Below are positions 1 through 7,954 of a stretch of DNA of 64,000 nucleotides, piece after piece. Below the pieces are notes generated by a model that worked only from the letters and a program-made list of their open reading frames with translations, searched no databases and was not told the DNA's origin. Source of the stretch: a virus. Taxonomy: Duplodnaviria > Caudoviricetes. Location of the stretch: IMG/VR virus record IMGVR_UViG_3300035208_003115, one strand, 5' to 3'. Each line of letters starts with the position of its first letter. Position 1 is the stretch's first letter. The translations under genes and the position numbers were made by a program.

Positions 1-58
1 GGAAGAACGGTAGGTTGTGGACCTATTCGCCGGAGTTCGATTCTCCGTAGTTACCCCA
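1..58 (+). tRNA. tRNA-His(GUG), 5' end truncated by window edge
   Basis: Anticodon arm GTAGG-TTGTGGA-CCTAT, T-arm CGGAG-TTCGATT-CTCCG, C discriminator (His identity), encoded CCA at 56-58. Confidence 0.9.
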
Positions 59-71
59 TTAAGGAGTTGTT

Positions 72-449
72 GTGGATCGTCCTAAATATGTAAATAAGTT
101 TATAGAGTTGGCGAAAAAAGTTTCCCGTAATGGGATTCATCATCGCTATCTGGTTGGTGCTGTCCTGGTAAAAAATGGTCAACCCATTGCTTGGGGTTCC
201 AATAATAATAAGACACATACCCTTATGATGGGGCAAACTCTTCATGCAGAGATCTCCTGCTTAATCGGTAAGAGATATCGTGACCTACATAACACGACAA
301 TGTTTGTAGCAAGAACATCAAAGAAACACAATATCGTGGGTATGGCTCGCCCATGCCCTACTTGCCGTAGTATACTTACTAGCTTTGGAATCAAAGATGT
401 ATATTTTACGGGCGAGAAAGGTATTGTAGATTACCTGAAATTGTGCTAG
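72..449 (+). CDS. Zn-dependent cytidine/dCMP deaminase-family protein
   Basis: VGAVLV, HAE and PCPTC zinc motifs; GTG start after AAGGAG. Confidence 0.85.
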   Translation: MDRPKYVNKFIELAKKVSRNGIHHRYLVGAVLVKNGQPIAWGSNNNKTHTLMMGQTLHAEISCLIGKRYRDLHNTTMFVARTSKKHNIVGMARPCPTCRSILTSFGIKDVYFTGEKGIVDYLKLC

Positions 450-472
450 ATTAACCGAGCTAGGAGAGAACT

Positions 473-985
473 ATGCCAATAGATTATTCCGCAGTTATAG
501 AAGAGTTCATGAAATATGAGCTCGATCCAGCAAGACTCAAAGAATCAAATATTTATGGAAAGCTCCTAATGGTTCGCGAGAACATGGATCTTTCCTCTAC
601 CGCTAGAGCCAAAGCCGCAGATGGTTTTGTCGCTGGAGCGATTGCTGTTATCGCTACCAAGGCTGGAACATGTAAATATTGGGAACGTAAGCTTAAGGAA
701 GAAGTTAAACATCTGCGGATCGGGAAACGCATTCATTATAAAACAGTTCTACCCGACGGCATTGCCCGGATGAGTAAACAGTATAATGACTGGCTTGACG
801 AACAGGTTAGTGCCGACGCTGAAGTAATTGAGTGCGAGAAGAAACAAGCTTTGGCGGAGTCTTCGAGAGCCTATTGGGAATTTTTATTAGAGGCTCTTAA
901 GGAAATGGGTAAGCGCATTGATTCTGCCGGGATGCTGACCGCTGTTGAAGAGAAAAGAAACCCTCCGGTAGGACTCGGTAGCTAA
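473..985 (+). CDS. Helical protein, possibly UvsY-like recombination mediator
   Basis: SD AGGAG; predicted long helices; near recA. Function is inferred. Confidence 0.45.
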   Translation: MPIDYSAVIEEFMKYELDPARLKESNIYGKLLMVRENMDLSSTARAKAADGFVAGAIAVIATKAGTCKYWERKLKEEVKHLRIGKRIHYKTVLPDGIARMSKQYNDWLDEQVSADAEVIECEKKQALAESSRAYWEFLLEALKEMGKRIDSAGMLTAVEEKRNPPVGLGS

Positions 986-1233
986 TGCCTAACTTCAATT
1001 TTGAATGTAATAATAAGAAATGTGCCCATCAGTTTGATGAGATATTTCTTACTTTCAAGGACTATGAAGAACAGGGCCCTCCCAAATGTCCGAAATGCGG
1101 GAAAGATTCAACTCGTATTTACTGGATGATAAACGGAGAGTCAATGAATATTAGATATAAGGGCCTTCCTATGGGGGATGGTCCTTCTGCTGGGATTACA
1201 AGTCTAAGCAGTAGATATCCAAAGGGGAGATAA
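985..1233 (+). CDS. FmdB-like zinc-ribbon protein
   Basis: MP.F.FEC....C...F...CPKCG pattern; TAATG coupling. Confidence 0.75.
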   Translation: MPNFNFECNNKKCAHQFDEIFLTFKDYEEQGPPKCPKCGKDSTRIYWMINGESMNIRYKGLPMGDGPSAGITSLSSRYPKGR

Positions 1234-1664
1234 TGACAGATAAGAACTATGAAATAATGGAGTTCCGCATTGTCGATAGGATGGAAGGAGTGGATCCCGC
1301 TCTTCTTAGCGATCCCTATTTCATGTTTAAACTGCTCTTGGAGGCAGCAGAACTTGCTGAAATGATCCCCCTAAATGCTAATATGCAGTTTTATCCTCGT
1401 GATCCCGAGAATCCACAATTTTTGGGGATATCTTATTATCTCACTGTATCAGCTTCCCACCTTGATATTCATACATACTCCAAAGAGGGTTTCTGTACTT
1501 TAACCGTAGCGGTCTGTAAGGAGATTGACAATGCCAGAAAAGCCTACGAGCACATCCGGGGAGCTCTTAAGCCAGCTCACTGCGAGCCAGTTGAGACAGC
1601 TCCAGAAAGACGTATCTCAGCTAACCCCCCTAAATCGAGACCTAAAAAGAGACGAAAAAGCTAG
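1233..1664 (+). CDS. speD: Divergent pyruvoyl-dependent decarboxylase proenzyme (AdoMetDC/SpeD family)
   Basis: GISYYLTVSASHLDIHTYSKEGFCTLTVAVC aligns to the SpeD signature G.S....L.ESHISIHTWPE.G....D.FTC. Confidence 0.7.
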   Translation: MTDKNYEIMEFRIVDRMEGVDPALLSDPYFMFKLLLEAAELAEMIPLNANMQFYPRDPENPQFLGISYYLTVSASHLDIHTYSKEGFCTLTVAVCKEIDNARKAYEHIRGALKPAHCEPVETAPERRISANPPKSRPKKRRKS

Positions 1665-2163
1665 ACAGGAATCTCTTAGGCTCTATGATGAATTTAAGGC
1701 TGGGTATGAGAAGGCCTTAGAGCAACATTCAATCGGATGTGTCGAGGATACGTTCGGAAATATAAACGTAGAAATTCCCGTTGAAAAGATTGATTCGCTC
1801 AAGGCTGCTCTTCAGAATCTTTGCGAGGAAACTTTATCAGAGTTTTTGCACCTATTGGTTCCTCTTGATACTGCCGAGTACTATAAAGGGGTAGAGAATC
1901 GTTTATTCGATATTAAGAAGAGACTACAGAATAGGCCTCTAACTATTGATGCGCTCCCAACTATTGCTTTTGATATAGCAACAAAAGGAGCGAATCCTGC
2001 TGTTTTAGAAGAATTCCAGTCTCTTTATAAGAGAGGAGTCGCCGAGGCGATAGAAGCTACGATTAAGGATATGGGTTCTTTCAATGAAACTATTGAACTT
2101 AGAAATGCGATGTTGACTTCTCTCATAAATTTAGGTACTATACAGTCTCAAGAAACCTGCTAG
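1531..2163 (+). CDS. Hypothetical helical protein
   Basis: ATG at 1531 after AAGGAG; overlaps the 3' end of the speD-like gene out of frame. Confidence 0.65.
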   Translation: MPEKPTSTSGELLSQLTASQLRQLQKDVSQLTPLNRDLKRDEKARQESLRLYDEFKAGYEKALEQHSIGCVEDTFGNINVEIPVEKIDSLKAALQNLCEETLSEFLHLLVPLDTAEYYKGVENRLFDIKKRLQNRPLTIDALPTIAFDIATKGANPAVLEEFQSLYKRGVAEAIEATIKDMGSFNETIELRNAMLTSLINLGTIQSQETC

Positions 2164-2174
2164 GAGGAAGTTAG

Positions 2175-3308
2175 ATGCCACGTGGAAGAAAGAAAAAGGA
2201 AGTAACGGAAGTTTTACAAACCGTAGGAACGCGGAATAAATCAAACGTTGTAAGTTCAGATGCTATGCGCGATCAGTTAGAGAAATCTGTTCTCAAAGAG
2301 TATGCACATCTCTTCAGCACCATGCCAGATAGACGGGATAATCTTTTTAAGCTAGATATCCCTGGCTTCAATTATATTCTTGGTGGTGGTCTTCCCCGCG
2401 GTCAAATCATTCATATCTATGGTCCCGAGGGAACCGGGAAAACTACACTAGCCATGCATATCATGGCGTCAATTCAAAAACAGGGAGGACGTGTTTATTG
2501 TCTCGACTCCGAAAACTCTATGGACTGCAATGTTGCTAAAAATATTGGCGTCAATGTCGATGAGGTTCGTTATTTAAAAGAGATGCCCAATGGGGAAACT
2601 GCTCTCGATATTGGAGAGAAGGCTATCCGAGCCAATTTATGCGACTGTTTAATCTTTGATTCGGTCGCGGCCTTAGTTCCCGAAGCAGTTAAAGAAGGGT
2701 CTAATCTCGATAAACATATCGGTGATAAAGCACGTATGATTTCTCAGGGCCTCGACAAGTTAAATAATGCCACGGTAAATTCTAATGCTGTTATCGTTTT
2801 TGTTAATCAGCTTCGAGCTAATATTAGTAAGATGCCGAATGCGCGGCAGTGGATTACGCCGGGAGGCAAGGCTTTACCGTTTTATGCTAATGTTAATATT
2901 CACGTTAGCAGGGTGGCTCCACTGAAAGAGGGCGAGAAAGTTATTGGTCAACAGGTAAAGTTAAAGGTAGAGAAGAATAAGATAGCTCCCCCAATGAGAG
3001 AGGTTATTTGTAACCTCATTTTCGGGCAGGGGTTCCGTAAGGATATGGATCTTATTTTATCTGCTAAGGATGCAGGGATTATCAAACAGAAGGGTAGTTG
3101 GATTGAATACAACGGAGAATCAATCGGTCAGGGATTGAACTCCGCAGTTGAATATGCAAAGACGCATGAGAACTTTCTACAAGAGCTGGAGGATAAATTA
3201 TATGGGGACATACCCGTTGCCACAGAACCAGAAACTGTTGCCAGTGAGGCCAACAACAGTTCTGAAGTTCAAAAACCTGAATCCGGAGACATCAGCGCAG
3301 ACGCTTAG
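2175..3308 (+). CDS. recA: RecA/UvsX recombinase
   Basis: Walker A GPEGTGKTT, FDSVAALVP, NQLR, GGKALPFYA, KNK, GSWI. Confidence 0.97.
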   Translation: MPRGRKKKEVTEVLQTVGTRNKSNVVSSDAMRDQLEKSVLKEYAHLFSTMPDRRDNLFKLDIPGFNYILGGGLPRGQIIHIYGPEGTGKTTLAMHIMASIQKQGGRVYCLDSENSMDCNVAKNIGVNVDEVRYLKEMPNGETALDIGEKAIRANLCDCLIFDSVAALVPEAVKEGSNLDKHIGDKARMISQGLDKLNNATVNSNAVIVFVNQLRANISKMPNARQWITPGGKALPFYANVNIHVSRVAPLKEGEKVIGQQVKLKVEKNKIAPPMREVICNLIFGQGFRKDMDLILSAKDAGIIKQKGSWIEYNGESIGQGLNSAVEYAKTHENFLQELEDKLYGDIPVATEPETVASEANNSSEVQKPESGDISADA

Positions 3309-3513
3309 TGTTGAAAGAGTATCACTAGTTGAAAGCTTGGGAAATCAGATAGAGGGGCTTCAAAGTGAGATTAGTAGCAAGAAGGAGTGGATTGCTTTCC
3401 ATCAGACTTTGATGGAGAAGCAAGAGTTAGAGCTGGGGATTATGATTGATGCTCTTAATGAATTAGAAAATAGTGCTCATATCCTCAAGCACATCCAAGG
3501 GAGACCATTTTAA
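3202..3513 (+). CDS. Hypothetical coiled-coil protein
   Basis: ATG 3202 after GGAGG; heptad-like C-half; TAATG coupling to next gene. Confidence 0.55.
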   Translation: MGTYPLPQNQKLLPVRPTTVLKFKNLNPETSAQTLSVERVSLVESLGNQIEGLQSEISSKKEWIAFHQTLMEKQELELGIMIDALNELENSAHILKHIQGRPF

Positions 3514-4016
3514 TGAGTAAGACAACAGCTGACCAAGCCAAGGAAGCGTTAGATACCTTTAATGATCTGAAGAAAGATATCGATAAAATTAAAGATAGCG
3601 TAGATACCGCTATGAACGAAGCGTCTGCTGCCACTAAGAAGTTTGAGGGAGCTACTACTGCGGTCAAAGAAATGACACAGGCTATTATGCTCCATGAGAT
3701 GTCTCTTCGTAAGCTCTATATGGGGTATACCGCCCAGTCAATTCTCTCAGATGCTCTGATTCGCTACATGGCAGGATATGAGAAGGGCGACTATCTCAAA
3801 GAGATGGAGAAGGTAGCCGAGAAGGGTGGGGATGTTCAGTTGGCCGACATGGAGATTAAGAACAAGGATTTCGATGTTCGTCGGCTGTCAGACATCGCTC
3901 AGGAAATTGCAGATGCCCAGGCTAAAGCTACCGAAGATGCCAAGAAGATGAGGGATCTTTCTGAGTCTACAATTGTTGCACCAGACGGTAAACCAGTTCT
4001 GCGCGTAGTTAAGTAA
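3513..4016 (+). CDS. Hypothetical coiled-coil protein
   Basis: 167-aa helical A/K/D/E-rich ORF; SD GGGAG. Confidence 0.75.
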   Translation: MSKTTADQAKEALDTFNDLKKDIDKIKDSVDTAMNEASAATKKFEGATTAVKEMTQAIMLHEMSLRKLYMGYTAQSILSDALIRYMAGYEKGDYLKEMEKVAEKGGDVQLADMEIKNKDFDVRRLSDIAQEIADAQAKATEDAKKMRDLSESTIVAPDGKPVLRVVK

Positions 4017-4025
4017 TCCTCCTAG

Positions 4026-4100
4026 CAGGGATTTGGTCGCTGGTTGTCCAACGAGTGGAATGCGCAGACTACTGGTTCGGAGAGCCAACGACCCTCTTTG
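4026..4100. other. Long intergenic imperfect hairpin (candidate ncRNA or cis-element)
   Basis: Nested pairings GGTCG/CGACC, TGGTT/AGCCA, TCC/GGA, AAC/GTT, AGTGG/CTACT. Confidence 0.5.
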
Positions 4101-4109
4101 AGGAACTAT

Positions 4110-4739
4110 ATGGATATCCAGGAATTAGAAATCGCAATAAAGAAGATTCTAGATAGTGAGTCAAACACTGTCGATTTATTTGGGCATCCCTCTACCATGA
4201 TAGACTCGGATCGGTTTTGGAGTTGTGCCCAATCTATTGCTTTTCGGGTAACAGAATTGCTAGCAAGGCAGAAAGCGTATTCTTCCCCTATAGTTTCAAC
4301 TATAAATGGAACGCTAGTTTCTTTAATCCCTGTAACGATCAGAGAATTAACCGTATCTAGAGAAGTCTCCAGGCTAGGATTCCTAGACACGAATGTGAAT
4401 ATAGCTATATCGACAGCTTTATCTGGTCCGAATCTCACGATTTTAGAAAAGCTAGCAGGAGAGCTCAGCCGCAATGAGAAGCAGACAGACACAATGCTAG
4501 CTTTAATCCCAAAGACGGAGACGTCTAAATGCGGATTATCTTCTCCCAGCCCTGATGGTCCCTCCAGATCCACAGACACTTCTGGCAATTTTCAGGAACC
4601 CGCTGACAATCTATTTGATCAAAGGCCTCTCTATAGACAAGTCCAGGAGAGGGTTGAGAGATCTTCTTTTTTCGCTGATCGCGCTGATTATCAGGGGACT
4701 TCCGATTACAGGAATTATCCTTATGACGGATACCCTTAG
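4110..4739 (+). CDS. Hypothetical protein
   Basis: ATG 4110 after GAGGA (MDIQELEIAIKK...); disordered C-tail overlaps the Hjc-like gene antisense. Confidence 0.6.
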   Translation: MDIQELEIAIKKILDSESNTVDLFGHPSTMIDSDRFWSCAQSIAFRVTELLARQKAYSSPIVSTINGTLVSLIPVTIRELTVSREVSRLGFLDTNVNIAISTALSGPNLTILEKLAGELSRNEKQTDTMLALIPKTETSKCGLSSPSPDGPSRSTDTSGNFQEPADNLFDQRPLYRQVQERVERSSFFADRADYQGTSDYRNYPYDGYP

Positions 4740-4908
4740 TCTTTTCTCTTTTGCACTGAATCAATAATATCTTCTCTTTATTCCACGCAACAATATCAAA
4801 TACTCCATGAGAACCCGAAGCTCGGATACAGTTATAACCTTCTTCTTTTAGCTCCGTCATTGCTTTATACTCTGTATTTCTTCCTCTTATATAATTTGGA
4901 TTAGGCAT
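4525..4908 (-). CDS. Hjc-like Holliday junction resolvase (PD-(D/E)XK)
   Basis: GR..EYK....L.EEGY...RASGS.G.FDIVA....ILLIQCK; start re-called to MPNPNY. Confidence 0.8.
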   Translation of the reverse strand: MPNPNYIRGRNTEYKAMTELKEEGYNCIRASGSHGVFDIVAWNKEKILLIQCKREKTKGIRHKDNSCNRKSPDNQRDQRKKKISQPSPGLVYREAFDQIDCQRVPENCQKCLWIWRDHQGWEKIIRI

Positions 4909-5356
4909 ATGAGTCAAACCCCATAAAGGTATTCCCGGGTTTGGGATTTTCAGGGCCGGGGATATCATTCGCGTTCCGCATTTTCTTCTTGGCGGACTGG
5001 AGCTGGTCAGCAACCTTTCTTGTGGGGTCCTTTGGACTCATATCTTTCTGGATTGGGATCTGCAGGTCAGTAGAAGCATTTGGATATAGAGCTTGGAATT
5101 CTTCCTTTACAATATCCGTACAGTCTTTATGCTCTTTATTAAATCTTTCCTCGTCATTGTGTTCATGAGGAATCGCAGTTAATACATAGCTCTGAGCAAC
5201 TGATTTCCCATCTGCCTGTAAGTCAATCGCTACAGAAATCTTTACACCGGTTTGGTTTTTGATAATATAGCCACATAGTCTGTCAATTATATTGCTAATA
5301 GCCAACATTTCTGGGAATGGTTCTCCCTCATAATCTTCTGGTTCTAAAGTCTGCAT
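4901..5356 (-). CDS. Hypothetical protein
   Basis: 151-aa ORF with SD AAGGA. Confidence 0.7.
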   Translation of the reverse strand: MQTLEPEDYEGEPFPEMLAISNIIDRLCGYIIKNQTGVKISVAIDLQADGKSVAQSYVLTAIPHEHNDEERFNKEHKDCTDIVKEEFQALYPNASTDLQIPIQKDMSPKDPTRKVADQLQSAKKKMRNANDIPGPENPKPGNTFMGFDSYA

Positions 5357-5382
5357 ATTAGTTCCTTATGCATATTGGCTCC

Positions 5383-5766
5383 TTATAGTGATGCTAATAT
5401 TTTCCTTGCGATTGAGTCTGTATCAAGTTTATCATAATACCATATTTCAATGATTTGCCATCCTTGTTCTACGCACAATCTTCTCTTGAGAGCATCTCGC
5501 TTTAGCTGAACCTCAAAGGCATGTTTGGCCTTTTCTTTATCGCCATCAAATGCAACCGGTCCATCATGTTGTTCCCCATGACATTCAATAGCCATCTTGA
5601 GATCCAAGATAAACCAGTCAATATGGAACGGAGTTTTGGGAATAGGATATTCTTGATAGGAGCGGAGAGCACGAAGAATGGGGTGTGTGCGTAGGGCATT
5701 CCCTACAGCTCGGTGAAGCTTAGAGGCGCTTTTTCTATAACTGAATTTATGTCTTTTATAACTCAT
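5383..5766 (-). CDS. DUF559/Vsr-like endonuclease
   Basis: QEYPI....HIDWFI.....AIECHGEQH...D..K...C...GW.IIEIWY. Confidence 0.8.
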   Translation of the reverse strand: MSYKRHKFSYRKSASKLHRAVGNALRTHPILRALRSYQEYPIPKTPFHIDWFILDLKMAIECHGEQHDGPVAFDGDKEKAKHAFEVQLKRDALKRRLCVEQGWQIIEIWYYDKLDTDSIARKILASL

Positions 5767-5775
5767 GTCTCACCT

Positions 5776-5817
5776 AGAAAGGAATCCGCTGACTCCCTAA
5801 AAGGAACCAGCGGATCC
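5776..5817 (-). terminator. Probable intrinsic terminator
   Basis: Minus-strand stem ATCCGCTGGTTCCT-TTTA-GGGAGTCAGCGGAT followed by TCCTTTCT, downstream of 5851..6123. Confidence 0.6.
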
Positions 5818-5850
5818 ATCCTAGCATATTCCTACTTAAAGTTCAATCAA

Positions 5851-6123
5851 TTAGAAGTCAAAGACGTCTAATAGAGCGACTCCAGAGGCAGAAACCGTCC
5901 CATCATCGTTATATAGAGTCGCCTTGGCGTCCTCTAGATTAAAGGTGTGACCACTCTCCTGCGGACAATAGTACTGCCGCATTCCATAGTTAACCTTCGA
6001 AGAGGCTCCGACTGGCCCGAGAGGTGATAGTTCAATCTTCTTCTCTTCTGGGTGAAGGGGGCACTCTACGGCCCAGGATACTGGGACTTTTGTGTGCTTA
6101 AGATAACTAATCCGCTTACGCAT
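5851..6123 (-). CDS. Small Cys/His zinc-ribbon-like protein
   Basis: CPLH ... CPQESGH pairs; SD AAGGAG. Confidence 0.7.
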   Translation of the reverse strand: MRKRISYLKHTKVPVSWAVECPLHPEEKKIELSPLGPVGASSKVNYGMRQYYCPQESGHTFNLEDAKATLYNDDGTVSASGVALLDVFDF

Positions 6124-6145
6124 TTATAATACTCCTTTTGACCGA

Positions 6146-6484
6146 TTAGAGTGCTTGAGCTGTGGTATCGAATGGATAAGCAACTCCATCCAATCCGGAA
6201 GCGGGAGCGCCATCAGCAAGTAGAACTTTCGGATACATATAGCCCCGCTGGCTAGATTCATCCCAGTATTGCGAACCGTGCTGAGTTGTCATAGTAGAAC
6301 CACTCGTCAGCGCGATGTTTTCATTGTTGTGCAAATTAACATTCTTGCTCGCAGTATACGGATCCTCGTAGTAGTGCATTTGAGGTAGGCCCGGATAGTT
6401 TGGGTTGTCCGTAATTACTGCGTGCACTGGAGTTCCAGTAGGAAGAGCAGCGAAAGCTGGTCCCCAACCGATATCGTAACCCAT
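6146..6484 (-). CDS. Hypothetical protein (possible virion component)
   Basis: SD AAGGAG; P/G/T/Y-rich composition like the structural proteins. Confidence 0.7.
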   Translation of the reverse strand: MGYDIGWGPAFAALPTGTPVHAVITDNPNYPGLPQMHYYEDPYTASKNVNLHNNENIALTSGSTMTTQHGSQYWDESSQRGYMYPKVLLADGAPASGLDGVAYPFDTTAQAL

Positions 6485-6501
6485 TGATGTGCTCCTTTAA
6501 T

Positions 6502-6975
6502 TTATAGAAACTGACTGAACGGATCGATGTCAGTGGGATGAATATAATCCCCTCTCATTAGACCCGCTAAACCACTTGGCAATGAAGACTTCTGGGGAAT
6601 TGGTTTTACGAAGAAAGCGTGGCACGTATTACAGACCCAATAGGTCTCGTACTCGTTGACATCCCCGTAATAAGTAATAGTATCAATTCCCATTGAACCC
6701 TCATTCGCATACGGACGTTGGAAGGTCCACTGTAGACCTGATGGTGCAGGACGGAAGTACCCACTAGGATTAGAGTTCCATGTGGGCCGGCTAATACCGG
6801 ACACTTCAATCACACCATCATCGTTCACCGGTCCCATGGGCTGTGTTAAACCGTTGGGATTGAACTTATTTCTATAGGCCGGGTAGCTGATATCGCTACT
6901 ATCACATTCCGGACAGGCCTTTAGAAGGTCTATAGGAACCCCGTTCACGTAAGTCCTGAGCCTATATTCGCTCAT
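6502..6975 (-). CDS. Split zinc-ribbon protein with PSG-rich insert
   Basis: CPEC and CNTC about 95 aa apart; four SG motifs; SD GGAG. Confidence 0.7.
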   Translation of the reverse strand: MSEYRLRTYVNGVPIDLLKACPECDSSDISYPAYRNKFNPNGLTQPMGPVNDDGVIEVSGISRPTWNSNPSGYFRPAPSGLQWTFQRPYANEGSMGIDTITYYGDVNEYETYWVCNTCHAFFVKPIPQKSSLPSGLAGLMRGDYIHPTDIDPFSQFL

Positions 6976-7018
6976 TTATATACTCCATTCTGGGGTTCTT
7001 TATTACCGCTACACCTAT

Positions 7019-7026
7019 ATTCTAAC
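7019..7026 (-). promoter_or_regulatory. GTTAGAAT motif (candidate late promoter)
   Basis: One of five copies placed just upstream of gene starts. Confidence 0.4.
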
Positions 7027-7085
7027 AACTCTAGGTAACGCGATTCCAATATATGTCAACAAAATAATAACATTACTTATAAGCC

Positions 7086-7124
7086 ATAACACGAATAGTG
7101 CTATAGTGCACCTACAGTGTTATT
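7086..7124 (-). terminator. Intergenic hairpin, possible terminator
   Basis: ATAACAC/GTGTTAT and GTGC/GCAC stems just after the 7139 stop; weak U tract. Confidence 0.4.
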
Positions 7125-7138
7125 ATGCTCTCATTGTG

Positions 7139-7846
7139 CTAATTTGTCTCGGGAGTATACTGATAAATAAAGCCCGAGGGCTGAAGTTTGGCGACCTTCT
7201 TCCAGTCCATTTCGGCTTTAGATGCTATGAATCCATAGGGTAAAAGATGGGTTTTGACCCAGGCAATCCACTCGGGAGTCGCCGTGAGGGGAACCTCAAG
7301 CGCAGAGATGAATCCAAACCTTTCATCATCTAGATTTGGACGAGGATATGCCGGCGTAGCTTCTACGACATGGAGCTTATCGGCTACCCTATAGAGCTTA
7401 CTACGAACCAGCGTATATTCGGCCCAATTACCCTGATCAACAAAGACTACGTGGCACTTGGTATCCTTAGCTATTCTAAGAGCTAGCTCTCCTGTTTTCC
7501 CGTAGTAGTCCAGAACCCTATGATATTTAGGTTTTGCTTGCTCTATTGTCGCATGAATCCATTTAAGAATATCTAGATGTTTCATGTGAGTATGGTCACA
7601 TAGCCCATATAGTGGTTCGTCTGAGCCATTTCCCGCCGATGATATTTCTGCAATAACCTGTGGTTCTGTATCTCCCGTGAACTGAGATAGTGCCTGAATT
7701 GCTGGTCTTAGAATTTGAAATACGGCGCGGCCGGCGCTAGCTTCCGAGATTCCTATGAATTTCATCCAGTCTTTGCACTCCGGGAGGTTCATCCTCCACT
7801 CTGTTAGCTGGGCCATATTCTGTGGGACTACTCTTCTGATGGGCAT
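7139..7846 (-). CDS. Class I SAM-dependent methyltransferase-like protein
   Basis: RVLDYYGKTG (motif I-like), VVFVD, ...HLLPYGFI. Confidence 0.55.
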   Translation of the reverse strand: MPIRRVVPQNMAQLTEWRMNLPECKDWMKFIGISEASAGRAVFQILRPAIQALSQFTGDTEPQVIAEISSAGNGSDEPLYGLCDHTHMKHLDILKWIHATIEQAKPKYHRVLDYYGKTGELALRIAKDTKCHVVFVDQGNWAEYTLVRSKLYRVADKLHVVEATPAYPRPNLDDERFGFISALEVPLTATPEWIAWVKTHLLPYGFIASKAEMDWKKVAKLQPSGFIYQYTPETN

Positions 7847-7876
7847 TTTTTACTCGCTTGAATCGTTTTACCATTG

Positions 7877-7942
7877 GGGGTTAACTAACTAGTTAATCCC
7901 TTATTTAGTTCCTAGTTATAACTTATACCCTATCGGGTATAA
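7877..7942. repeat. Cluster of three palindromes
   Basis: GGGGTTAACTA-AC-TAGTTAATCCC; AGTTATAACT; TTATACCC-TATC-GGGTATAA. Confidence 0.7.
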
Positions 7943-7954
7943 ATAATTATGGTC

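Noticed and set aside
4106-4588. 160-aa minus-strand ORF
   Set aside because: Antisense shadow of the SD-equipped plus-strand gene at 4110.
7030-7059. Sigma70 promoter from minus-strand TTGACA near 7054-7059
   Set aside because: No acceptable -10 at 16-18 nt spacing.
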